Below, piece by piece: positions 1-8,261 of a DNA stretch of 64,000 nucleotides. The notes beneath the pieces are model-generated. The model was not told the DNA's origin. It ran no database searches and saw nothing but the letters and a program-made list of their open reading frames with translations. The position numbers and the translations under genes were made by a program. Position 1 is the first letter of the stretch, and each line of letters starts with the position of its first letter. Location of the stretch: NCBI GenBank assembly GCA_963851265.1, contig CAWKNZ010000007.1, positions 288,001 through 352,000 of the forward strand, in the 5' to 3' direction. This DNA comes from an uncultured Gemmatimonadales bacterium. GTDB taxonomy: Bacteria; Gemmatimonadota; Gemmatimonadetes; Gemmatimonadales; Gemmatimonadaceae.

Positions 1-679
1 GCCAGTCGGACAGCACCTTCGTCCCGCCGGTCACGGCGGAGCGGTCGCCGCCGCTCTCGCGCACCACGGGCGCGCTCTCGCCGGTGATGGCGCTCTCGTC
101 CACCGACGCGACGCCGTCGACCACCTCGCCGTCGCTCGGGATCACGTCGCCGGGGACGAGGGCGACGAGGTCGCCCTTCCGGAGCGTCTCGGCGCCGACC
201 ATCTCGGTGCGGGTCCGGTCGTACGGCGCGGCCCCCGCGCCGACGAGCTTGCGCGCCGTCGTCTGCGTGCGGCTCTTGCGCAGCGTGTCGGCCTGCGCCT
301 TGCCGCGCCCCTCGGCCATCGCCTCGGCGAAGTTGGCGAAGAGGACCGTGAACCAGAGCCAGACCGTGAGCTGCAGGATGAAGCCGGTGCCCGGGCGGCC
401 GACGGCCACGTCGCGCACGAGGGTGACCGTCGTGTACGCCGAGCCGACGAGCACGACGAACATGACGGGGTTCCGCACCATGTGGCGCGGGTCGAGCTTG
501 GCGACCGCGTCGCGGAGCGCGCGCCGCACGATCGGGCCGTCGAACAGCGCGCGCGAGCGCGCCTCGGACTGCCGGCCCCGCGCGACCGGCGAGGCCGGAC
601 GCGGAGCCTGCGGCGGCGCGGGCGACTGCGGCGCGGGCGACGGCGGCGCCGGCGCGGGGGGAAGCTGGGTGGTGGCCAT
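1..679 (-). CDS. kdpB: K+-transporting ATPase subunit B, 5' part (runs off window start)
   Basis: Manual minus-strand translation from ATG at 679: Pro-rich N-terminus, then KLDPRHMVRNPVMFVV...LWFTVLFANFAEAMAEGRGKAQADTL...GDVIPSDG...VDESAITGESAPV; directly downstream of kdpA. Confidence 0.95.
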   Translation of the reverse strand, partial: MATTQLPPAPAPPSPAPQSPAPPQAPRPASPVARGRQSEARSRALFDGPIVRRALRDAVAKLDPRHMVRNPVMFVVLVGSAYTTVTLVRDVAVGRPGTGFILQLTVWLWFTVLFANFAEAMAEGRGKAQADTLRKSRTQTTARKLVGAGAAPYDRTRTEMVGAETLRKGDLVALVPGDVIPSDGEVVDGVASVDESAITGESAPVVRESGGDRSAVTGGTKVLSDW

Positions 680-703
680 GTGGGCGTGTGGACTCGGGGT
701 CGG

Positions 704-2428
704 TCAGAACAGCGTGCCGCGGGCCATCAGGAAGTGCTCGACGATCGGGCCTAACGCGAGCGCGGGGAAGAACGTGAGGGCGCCGACGATGAGCACCACG
801 CCGACGAGCAGCCCCGTGAACAGCGGGGTCGTCACGGGGAACGTGCCCGACGTTTCCGGCGCGATCTTGCGGTCCGCGAGGAACCCGGCCAGCGCGAGCA
901 TCGGCACGATCAGGGCGAAGCGGCCGACGAGCGTCGCCGCGCCGAGCATCGTGTTGTAGTAGTACGTCGAGCCGGTGAGGCCGGCGAACGCGGAGCCGTT
1001 GTTCCCCACCGCCGACGAGAACGCGTACAGGATCTCCGAGAGCCCGTGCGGCCCGGCGTTGTTGAGTCCCGCCAGTCCGGGCTTCGCGACCACCGAGATG
1101 GCGGAGAACACGAGCATCGCCCCCCCCGAGATCAGGACGTAGAGCATCGCCATCTGGACCTCGCGCGCCTGGATCTTCTTGCCCAGGTATTCGGGCGTCC
1201 GCCCGACCATCAGCCCCGCGATGAACACCGTGAGCACGACGAAGATCAGCATGCCGTAGAGCCCGGCGCCGACGCCGCCGAACACCACCTCGCCGAGCTG
1301 GATGTTGAGCATCGGCACGAGCCCGCCGATCGGGGTGAAGCTGTCGTGCATGCTGTTGACGGCGCCGCACGAGGCGTCGGTGGTCATCGTGGCGTAGAGC
1401 GCGGAGTTGGCGACGCCGAAGCGCACCTCCTTCCCCTCCATGTTGCCGCCCGGGTTCGTCGCGCTCGTGACCACGTCGACCCCGCGCGCGGCGTGGATCG
1501 GGTTGCCGCGCGCCTCGGCCCAGTAGGCCGTCGTCACGCCCGCGAAGAAGAGCGCGAACATCGCCCCCCACACCGCCCAGCCGTGCCGCTGCCGCCCGAC
1601 CATGCGCCCGAGCAGCCACGTGAGCGCCGACGGGATCGCGAAGATGAGGAACATCGACCACCAGTTGGTCCACGGCGTCGGGTTCTCGAACGGGTGCGCC
1701 GCGTTGGCGTTGAAGAACCCGCCCCCGTTGGTCCCGAGCTGCTTGATCAGCTCCTGGCTCGCCACCGGCCCCATCGCGAGCGTCTGCCGCGCACCCTCGA
1801 GCGTGGTGAGCGAGACGTACGGGCGGAAGGTCTGGATCACGCCCTGCTGCACGAGGAGCAGCGACAGCACGATCGAGAGGGGCAGCAGCACGTAGAGCGT
1901 GCCGCGCACCAGGTCCGCCCAGAAGTTGCCGAGGCGCCCCCGGGCCTCCTCGCCCCGGCGCGCGATGCCGCGCACGAGGCCGACCGCGACTGCCATGCCG
2001 ACGGCCGCGGACGCGAAGTTGTGGAACGCGAGCTGGGTCATCTGCGAGAAGTACGACATCGTCGTCTCGCCCGAGTAGCTCTGCCAGTTGGTGTTGGTCG
2101 TGAAGCTCGCCGCCGTCTCGAACGCCTGCCGGTCGGGCACGGCGCCCAGGTGCTGCGGGTTGAGCGGCAGCAGGTGCTGCACGCGCAGCACGGCGTACGT
2201 GAGCAGCATCGACGCCACGCTGAACAGCAGCATGCCCGCGGCGTAGCGCGTCCAGTGCTGATCCTCCGCCGGATCGACGCCGCCCGCCGCGTAGAGCGCG
2301 CGCTCGACGGGCGCGAGCCACCGTACCCGGCCCTCGTACACCGCGACGAGGTACTGGCCTAACGGTTTCGCGACGAGGAACACCGCCGCGCACATGAGGA
2401 GGATCTGCAGCCAGCCGTTGATGGTCAT
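704..2428 (-). CDS. kdpA: K+-transporting ATPase subunit A
   Basis: 574 aa polytopic membrane protein with TNTNWQSYSGE, KQLGTNGGGFF, GNMEGKEVRFG and NNGSAFAGL motifs. Confidence 0.97.
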   Translation of the reverse strand: MTINGWLQILLMCAAVFLVAKPLGQYLVAVYEGRVRWLAPVERALYAAGGVDPAEDQHWTRYAAGMLLFSVASMLLTYAVLRVQHLLPLNPQHLGAVPDRQAFETAASFTTNTNWQSYSGETTMSYFSQMTQLAFHNFASAAVGMAVAVGLVRGIARRGEEARGRLGNFWADLVRGTLYVLLPLSIVLSLLLVQQGVIQTFRPYVSLTTLEGARQTLAMGPVASQELIKQLGTNGGGFFNANAAHPFENPTPWTNWWSMFLIFAIPSALTWLLGRMVGRQRHGWAVWGAMFALFFAGVTTAYWAEARGNPIHAARGVDVVTSATNPGGNMEGKEVRFGVANSALYATMTTDASCGAVNSMHDSFTPIGGLVPMLNIQLGEVVFGGVGAGLYGMLIFVVLTVFIAGLMVGRTPEYLGKKIQAREVQMAMLYVLISGGAMLVFSAISVVAKPGLAGLNNAGPHGLSEILYAFSSAVGNNGSAFAGLTGSTYYYNTMLGAATLVGRFALIVPMLALAGFLADRKIAPETSGTFPVTTPLFTGLLVGVVLIVGALTFFPALALGPIVEHFLMARGTLF

Positions 2429-2456
2429 CGGCCGGATCCCGCGTCGGCACGGCGCA

Positions 2457-2546
2457 TCAGAACCGCTCCGGCCGGAGGAGCGTGTACGTGAGGTACACGA
2501 GGAGCGCCGCGGCGAGCAGCCCGGCGACGGCGGTCTCAGCGCTCAT
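2457..2546 (-). CDS. kdpF: KdpF subunit (29 aa)
   Basis: MSAETAVAGLLAAALLVYLTYTLLRPERF, with the typical YL..LLRPERF end; just upstream of kdpA. Confidence 0.9.
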   Translation of the reverse strand: MSAETAVAGLLAAALLVYLTYTLLRPERF

Positions 2547-2652
2547 CGCCCCCCTCCGCTGGCGCCGCGCCGAGGCGCGCGCACCCGCCGACGTACGCGA
2601 GCATGAGGGCGAAAAAGCCGATCGATCCGGCGACGTAGAGGAGGTCGAGCAT
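2536..2652 (-). CDS. 38-aa single-TM peptide upstream of kdpF
   Basis: MLDLLYVAGSIGFFALMLAYVGGCARLGAAPAEGGDER; its 3' end overlaps the kdpF RBS and start. Confidence 0.7.
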   Translation of the reverse strand: MLDLLYVAGSIGFFALMLAYVGGCARLGAAPAEGGDER

Positions 2653-2767
2653 CGGGCGAGGACTGGAGTGGGTCGGCGCACCGGACGCCGGCGCGGCCGG
2701 AGGCGGTGCAACGCTCCCAAGTGTGCGCGCCCGGGCGTGGCGGGCGCACAAACGTCCAGTCGACGGC

Positions 2768-2784
2768 CGTTAAGAAGCCATGAA
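2768..2784 (-). promoter_or_regulatory. Putative KdpE-binding direct repeat
   Basis: Minus strand TTCATG-N5-TTAACG, the same half-site geometry as the E. coli KdpE site (TTTATA-N5-TTTACA), ~115 bp upstream of the kdp structural genes. Confidence 0.4.
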
Positions 2785-4443
2785 CACCGGATCGGCGAAC
2801 GCGTCGTCCCCGAGCCGCGCGCCCGGCAGCCAGAGCGTGAACACGCTCCCGCCGCCCTCGCGGGCCGCGTACGACACGGTCCCGCCCTGCCGCTCCGCGA
2901 GCCCGCGCGCGATCGCGAGCCCGAGCCCCGCGCCGCCGGCGTCCACCCGAGCGCCCGGCGCGCGATAGAACGGCGCGAAAATCCGCTCGCGCTCGGTCGC
3001 CGCCACACCCGGGCCGCGGTCGCACACGTCGATGCACAGCCGCGGCGGCGCGCCCTGGTCGGCGGCGTCCTCTTCTAGCGCCTCGCGGACCAACACCTCC
3101 ACCGCCGTGCCCGCGGGCGCATACTTGTGCGCGTTCTCGACGAGGTTGACGAGCGCCCGCGCGGCCTGGTCGACGTCGAACCGCCCGAGCAGGAGCGGCG
3201 CGCCCGCCGGCAGCGACACCTCGACCGCCCGACCGCCGCTCGCGGGATCGCCGAGCGCGCCGGCGACGCGCTGCAGCACCACGTCGAGCAGGTCGTCGAC
3301 CGCGACCACCTCGGTCGCGACGGGCATCGCGCCGGCCTGCAGGCGCGACAGGTCGAGCAGCGCGCCCACCAGCCGCGCCAGCCGGTCGGCCTCGGCCTCG
3401 ATCGTCGCCGCCTCCTCGACGGCGTCGGGACCGTTGGGCGACGTGCGGAGGGCGTGCGCATGCGCCTTGATCGACGTGAGCGGCGTGCGCAGGTCGTGCG
3501 ACACCGCCGCGAGCACCGCGTCCTTCGCGCGCGCGGCTTCCTCGAGCGCGGCGGCGCGTTCGGCCGCGCCGGCGAGGCGTTCGCGGTCGGCCGCGAGCGC
3601 GGCGTACGCGGCGAGCGCGTCCAGATACCGCCACCGCTCCGCGGGCACACGCAGTCCGTCGCGCGCGGAAATGCGCAGCACGCCCACGAGTCGCGCTGCC
3701 ACCGGATCACGGCGCGCGTCCTCCGCCGCGAGCGGCGCCCCGTCGGCGGCTCCGTGGCGCTCCGCCGCCGTCAGCGGGACGGAAACCGCGCGCAGCTCCG
3801 ACGGGTCGAGCGGCGTCAGCGCGCGCAGCAGGCTCGCGTTAGGCGCGCGCGCCAGCCGCGTGGTGCCGTCCGTTCGTTCGGCGACGACGGTCCGCTCGCG
3901 CGCGGCGAGCCTCGCGTCGAGCGGCGGCGGGTGACCGTCCTCGGGCAGCGATCCCGTGTCCGCCAGCAGGCGAAGGATTGGGTCCACGCCCGTCAGCTCG
4001 TCCACGGCCCAGACGGCGCACGCGTCGAGGCCGACCGTGTCGCGGATCGCGGTGGCCACCGCGCCGGCCGCGTCGCGCGCGCGGGCTGCCGTGAGCGCGC
4101 GCGCGCCGAGCGCGGCCAGGCGGTCCACCTCCGCGGCACGCGCGCGTGCCGCGGCCGCCTCCTCGCGCGCGGCCGACAGGAGTCGCGCCGCGACCACGCT
4201 CGTGATCAGGAAGGCGACGAGCACGAACCAGTCGCGCGGGTCCGCGATGGCGAGCGTGCCGTACGGCGGGAGCAGGAAGTAGTCGAACGCGACGAACGCC
4301 GCGCCCGCGACGGCGAGGCCGAGCGCCCACCCGCCTCCCGCGCTCGCGCCGAGTACGACGAGCAGCAGGACGAGCGCATCGTGTGCCTTCTCGAGTCGGC
4401 CGCGAACGGCGACGAGGAGTCCGACCGCGACCGCGAGGTACAC
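2770..4443 (-). CDS. kdpD: KdpD-like sensor histidine kinase (TM/DUF4118, GAF-like, HisKA, HATPase); lacks the N-terminal KdpD and Usp domains
   Basis: Four TM helices with AFDYFLLPPYGTL, H-box VSHDLRTPLTSI, NLVENAHKY, DRGPG, GAGLGL. Start uncertain: first in-frame GTG downstream of kdpE is at 4443, but coding may begin near 4512. Confidence 0.85.
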   Translation of the reverse strand: MYLAVAVGLLVAVRGRLEKAHDALVLLLVVLGASAGGGWALGLAVAGAAFVAFDYFLLPPYGTLAIADPRDWFVLVAFLITSVVAARLLSAAREEAAAARARAAEVDRLAALGARALTAARARDAAGAVATAIRDTVGLDACAVWAVDELTGVDPILRLLADTGSLPEDGHPPPLDARLAARERTVVAERTDGTTRLARAPNASLLRALTPLDPSELRAVSVPLTAAERHGAADGAPLAAEDARRDPVAARLVGVLRISARDGLRVPAERWRYLDALAAYAALAADRERLAGAAERAAALEEAARAKDAVLAAVSHDLRTPLTSIKAHAHALRTSPNGPDAVEEAATIEAEADRLARLVGALLDLSRLQAGAMPVATEVVAVDDLLDVVLQRVAGALGDPASGGRAVEVSLPAGAPLLLGRFDVDQAARALVNLVENAHKYAPAGTAVEVLVREALEEDAADQGAPPRLCIDVCDRGPGVAATERERIFAPFYRAPGARVDAGGAGLGLAIARGLAERQGGTVSYAAREGGGSVFTLWLPGARLGDDAFADPVFMAS

Positions 4444-4508
4444 CGGCCAGAGTACGCGCGGGTCGGTGGCGACGCGCCACGCCGACCGGCGCCCCGGCGT
4501 CGTGCGCG

Positions 4509-5252
4509 TCAGAGTGCGAACCGGTATCCGACCCCCGCCTCGGTCTTCAGGTGGCGCGGGCGCACGGGGTCGGCCTCGAGCTTGCGCCGCAGGTGGGCCA
4601 CGTGCACGCGGAGGTACGCCTGCGCGTCGCCGTACGCGCGTCCGGGCCAGACCGCGGCGAACAGTTGACGATGCGTGAGTGGCCGGTCGGCGTGCGCGAC
4701 GAGCGTCGTCAACAGTGACCACTCGATCGGCGTGAGGTGGACGGCCTCGCCCGTCCGCTCGACCACGCGGCGTCCGTAGTCGATCAGGAGGTCGCCGGCC
4801 ACGACGCGGGTCGTGTCGATCGCGACCCCGTCGGCGCCCGTCTGCTCGGCGCGCGCGCCGGCCCCGCGGGCCGATCGCCGGAGCAGCGCGCGGGCGCGCG
4901 CCTGGAGCTCGACGACCGAGAACGGCTTCGTGAGGTAGTCGTCCGCACCGCCGTCCAGCAGCTCGGCCTTTTCCGTGTCGGCGTGGCGTGCGGAGAGCAC
5001 GAGCACCGGCACCGTCGACCACGCGCGCAGCTCGCGGAGCACCGCGCGCCCGTCCATGTCGGGCAGGCCGAGGTCGAGGATGATCAGCGCCGGCCGCTCG
5101 GCCGCTGCGTGTGCGAGCGCCGCCTCGCCGGTGCCCGCCTCGCTCACGCGCGTTGCGATCGGCGGGTCCGATTCGACCAGCGCGTGACGAACGGCCCGCC
5201 GGATCGGAAGCTCGTCGTCCACGACGAGCACCGTGACCGGCGGGCCGTGCAT
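4509..5252 (-). CDS. kdpE: OmpR-family response regulator KdpE
   Basis: VLVVDDE, ILDLGLPDMDG, GADDYLTKPF, YLRVHVAHLRRKLEADP..P....TE.GVGYRF. Confidence 0.93.
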   Translation of the reverse strand: MHGPPVTVLVVDDELPIRRAVRHALVESDPPIATRVSEAGTGEAALAHAAAERPALIILDLGLPDMDGRAVLRELRAWSTVPVLVLSARHADTEKAELLDGGADDYLTKPFSVVELQARARALLRRSARGAGARAEQTGADGVAIDTTRVVAGDLLIDYGRRVVERTGEAVHLTPIEWSLLTTLVAHADRPLTHRQLFAAVWPGRAYGDAQAYLRVHVAHLRRKLEADPVRPRHLKTEAGVGYRFAL

Positions 5253-5272
5253 CGGCGCCAGGCCGTCGCGGG

Positions 5273-5479
5273 TCAGCTGTTGCCGAGCGACGGGTTCTTG
5301 TTGCGGCCGCCGATCGCGTCCTCGTCGGGCTCTCCGTCACTCGCGCGCAACGGCGCCTCGGTCGAATCGGGCGACGTCATGCCCTTGCTCATCCCGCCGT
5401 GCTTCTCGGCGAGCTCCTTGAGGCGGTCGGCGTTGGGGCCGGTGAGGTCGTGGTGCTTGTCGTTGCTCTGGTCAGCCAT
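5273..5479 (-). CDS. Small hydrophilic hypothetical protein (68 aa)
   Basis: MADQSNDKHHDLTGPNADRLKELAEKHGG...; non-shadow composition; GAGG upstream. Confidence 0.65.
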   Translation of the reverse strand: MADQSNDKHHDLTGPNADRLKELAEKHGGMSKGMTSPDSTEAPLRASDGEPDEDAIGGRNKNPSLGNS

Positions 5480-5670
5480 GGACGGGTGTCCTCGGTGTGC
5501 GTGATCTCGGTGCGCAAACGCGCGCGTGTCGCGCGCCTGTCGCGCGCTCCACGCCACGCGCGACGTGCACGCGGCGTGCCTTACGGCCGGCGGCGTTCCG
5601 CGCCCGCTCGCTGGGGAACCGATCGTGCGAGCGCGCGCCGCCCGATTCACCCGGGGTTGCGGGGTCCGCC

Positions 5671-6747
5671 CTACTCGCCGGCCGCGTGCTCCGCGCCGGC
5701 GTACTCGGCGGACGGGCTCGGGACCGACGCGACGTTGACGTCGATCGGGAGTCGCACGCCACCGTGGTTTTCGACCACGTCGAGCAACCCCTGCCACACG
5801 CCCGCGAACGCCTGGCCGACGTCGCGCGGGAACTTGTCCGGCGAGAACCCGCGCCCGCTCGCGACCCAGACGGGCGGTTCGACGTGCAGGCCGGCGGCGA
5901 CGTACGCGGCCGCGAGGTCGTCGTGCACGGCGGGCGCGTTGTGCGCGTGCACGTACACCCCAGGGCGGTAGCGCCCGTCGGCGAGCACGCGGCCGGCCCA
6001 CGCGCGGTAGTAGTCGCGCATCGCGGGCGGCATCTGCTCCATCCGCTCGATGTCGAGGAACACGATGGTGCCGCGCGCGAACCCCTCGCCGGCCGTCGCG
6101 CGGACCGCGTCGTCGCCGTCCGCCGCGCCGCGTGCCGCGGTGACGAGGTCGGCGTTGCAGGTCAGGCCGCGCCGTGCCGTCGCCTGCGCGCCGCGCGACC
6201 CGGGGTGCGGCGTACGCCCCCACGTCTGTTCGCCCACGTAGATCACGGCCATCCCGAAGCCGAGCCCGTCGATCGTCGCGCGCTGTCCGGTCCACGAGCG
6301 CTCGCGGTGGCAGGGCGAGGGGAGGTAGTACCCCATCCACTCGTACCGAACGCCCGACGTCTTCCAGGCGCGGAGCGCGGCCTGGCCGGGGAACGTGTGC
6401 GTGTCGAAGCCGAGGTGCCGACCGGCGACTCGCGGCAGGCCCGGCGCGCCGCCCACGCTCACCACGCTGCCGTCCGTGTGGTCGAGGTGGTCGGCCGCGT
6501 CCTGGTCGAACGCTCCGGCGATCGCGCCGCCGGGCGCCGTCTGTTCCACCGCGGTGAGCTGGCCCACGCCCCGCCGAACCACCCACGGTGCGGCGACGAG
6601 CGCGACCGCAACCGTGGACACGGTGGTCGCCCAGGACCGGCGCGCACGCCAAAGGAGCGTGCGGACTCGGCCGCGCTCGAGCGGCGCCCGTCGGTCCTGC
6701 GGCCGGTCGTCGGTTCTCGAGTCTGATGCGGGCGATACGGCTGACAT
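5671..6747 (-). CDS. DUF1906 / Rv2525c-like GH25-related glycoside hydrolase, probably exported
   Basis: GFDT...GYYL...G..DG..A..A...GF..GT.VFLDIE...Y.PGVY; N-terminal hydrophobic stretch; start uncertain. Confidence 0.8.
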   Translation of the reverse strand: MSAVSPASDSRTDDRPQDRRAPLERGRVRTLLWRARRSWATTVSTVAVALVAAPWVVRRGVGQLTAVEQTAPGGAIAGAFDQDAADHLDHTDGSVVSVGGAPGLPRVAGRHLGFDTHTFPGQAALRAWKTSGVRYEWMGYYLPSPCHRERSWTGQRATIDGLGFGMAVIYVGEQTWGRTPHPGSRGAQATARRGLTCNADLVTAARGAADGDDAVRATAGEGFARGTIVFLDIERMEQMPPAMRDYYRAWAGRVLADGRYRPGVYVHAHNAPAVHDDLAAAYVAAGLHVEPPVWVASGRGFSPDKFPRDVGQAFAGVWQGLLDVVENHGGVRLPIDVNVASVPSPSAEYAGAEHAAGE

Positions 6748-7121
6748 CCGGGCGGGCAGTGCGTCGCGTCGTGAGTTCGGGCGCCGGCACGCGGCCGCCC
6801 ACAAACATCTGATTACAGCGCCGCGGTGCATGGCGCGCGCCGACGGCGCCAGCGGCGGTCGACCCGAGGGTGCGACGCGCGTCACACGTTCCTACACGCG
6901 AGACGGCCGACGAGTGCACGGAACTTGCCTTTGGGTGCCATGAATCGTGCGCGTCCCTGAGCGGGAGCGAGCCGTCGACGGTCCGGTTGTCGACCAGCAG
7001 TAGCCGGATCGCCGTTCGCGGCGATCGGCGTCGGGGCGCAACGAGTCGCGGGAGCACGTCGCTTCCGCCTGATCCGCGCGAGTATCGCGCAGACTCACCG
7101 AACATTTCGAGAGGCTTACAA

Positions 7122-7817
7122 ATGCGGAACGCGACGCGACTGGGTGTGGTGATCGCCCTCGGCACCAGCACGGTGCTCGGGGCATGCGGAAAGACGGGGA
7201 ACACCGCGTCGACCGACACGGCTGCGGCGGCGGCCACGAACGCGCCGTCATCGACGGCGAGCACGAACGGCACCGCGGCCGCGGGCGCCGGTGGGCCGAC
7301 GACCCCGGCCGACTCGGTGCACGGCGGCGGTAGCCCCGTCCCGGCGAGCACCGGCAAGATGACCGACCCCGAGATCGTCTCCCTCACGCAGGCCGCCAAC
7401 GAGGGCGAGATCATGACGTCCAAGGTCGCGCTCACGAAGGCGACCAACCCCGACGTCCGGAAGTTCGCGCAGCAGATGATCGCCCAGCACACGGCCCTCA
7501 TCTCGCAGGGCAACGCGCTCAGCAAGGCGCAGAACCTCGTCCCCGCCGCGGGTGCCAAGGACTCGATCGAAGGCGCGGGCAAGAAGATGACCGCCATGCT
7601 CGATGCCGCGCCCAAGGGTGTCGCGTTCGATACGGCCTACATCAACGGCCAGGCGATGGCGCACTCCAACACGCTCGCCATGATCCAGAAGGCCGAGGGT
7701 GAGGCGCAGAACGCCGGGCTCAAGGCCATGCTGACCAAGGCCGCGCCGATCGTGCAGCAACACCTCGACGAGGCGAAGGCGCTCCAGGCCAAGCTGGGCG
7801 GGGGAGCGGCGCAGTGA
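7122..7817 (+). CDS. DUF4142-domain lipoprotein
   Basis: Lipobox LGAC; ANEGEI..SK.A...A....VR.FA..MI..H, FD.AY...Q...H, P.V..HL..A; RBS GAGAGG. Confidence 0.85.
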   Translation: MRNATRLGVVIALGTSTVLGACGKTGNTASTDTAAAAATNAPSSTASTNGTAAAGAGGPTTPADSVHGGGSPVPASTGKMTDPEIVSLTQAANEGEIMTSKVALTKATNPDVRKFAQQMIAQHTALISQGNALSKAQNLVPAAGAKDSIEGAGKKMTAMLDAAPKGVAFDTAYINGQAMAHSNTLAMIQKAEGEAQNAGLKAMLTKAAPIVQQHLDEAKALQAKLGGGAAQ

Positions 7818-8197
7818 GCCGACTCGGCGCCCCTCGGGCGTTCGCGGTCGTAGGAATCGTCGCCGCCGCAGGCCTCACGGCCTGCGGCGGCGACGTGAAC
7901 ACGCAGAAAGGTGCGATGAAGACGCCCTACGCGAACAACGGCGACAGCGGGGCGGCGTCACCGGGCACCCAGCAGACGCTGAGTCCCAACCCCTCGATGG
8001 GCGACAGCACCGTCGGGATGTCGCGCGGGACGGGCGTCGCCAACGCGGCGGGTGACACCGCGGGGGCGTTCGGGAAGGCGGCGGGCTCGCACGGGCTCGT
8101 GCCGGGCCACCCGACCTCCGGTCCGGCGGGTTCGGGAATGCAGAACGCGGGCGGCGCGCCGCAGTCCTCGACGCCGGCACGCCCCAAGACCCCCTGA
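7814..8197 (+). CDS. Low-complexity lipoprotein
   Basis: GTGA overlap with the previous gene; lipobox LTAC. Confidence 0.7.
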   Translation: MSRLGAPRAFAVVGIVAAAGLTACGGDVNTQKGAMKTPYANNGDSGAASPGTQQTLSPNPSMGDSTVGMSRGTGVANAAGDTAGAFGKAAGSHGLVPGHPTSGPAGSGMQNAGGAPQSSTPARPKTP

Positions 8198-8259
8198 CCG
8201 CTCCGTCGCCACACATCGGGACGGCTCGGCACATGCCGGCCCGACGTGTGGGAGCGGTC
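8196..8259. terminator. Long hairpin between convergent genes
   Basis: GACCGCTCC/GGAGCGGTC outer stem and CCACACATCGGG/CCCGACGTGTGG inner stem. Confidence 0.55.
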
Positions 8260-8261
8260 GG

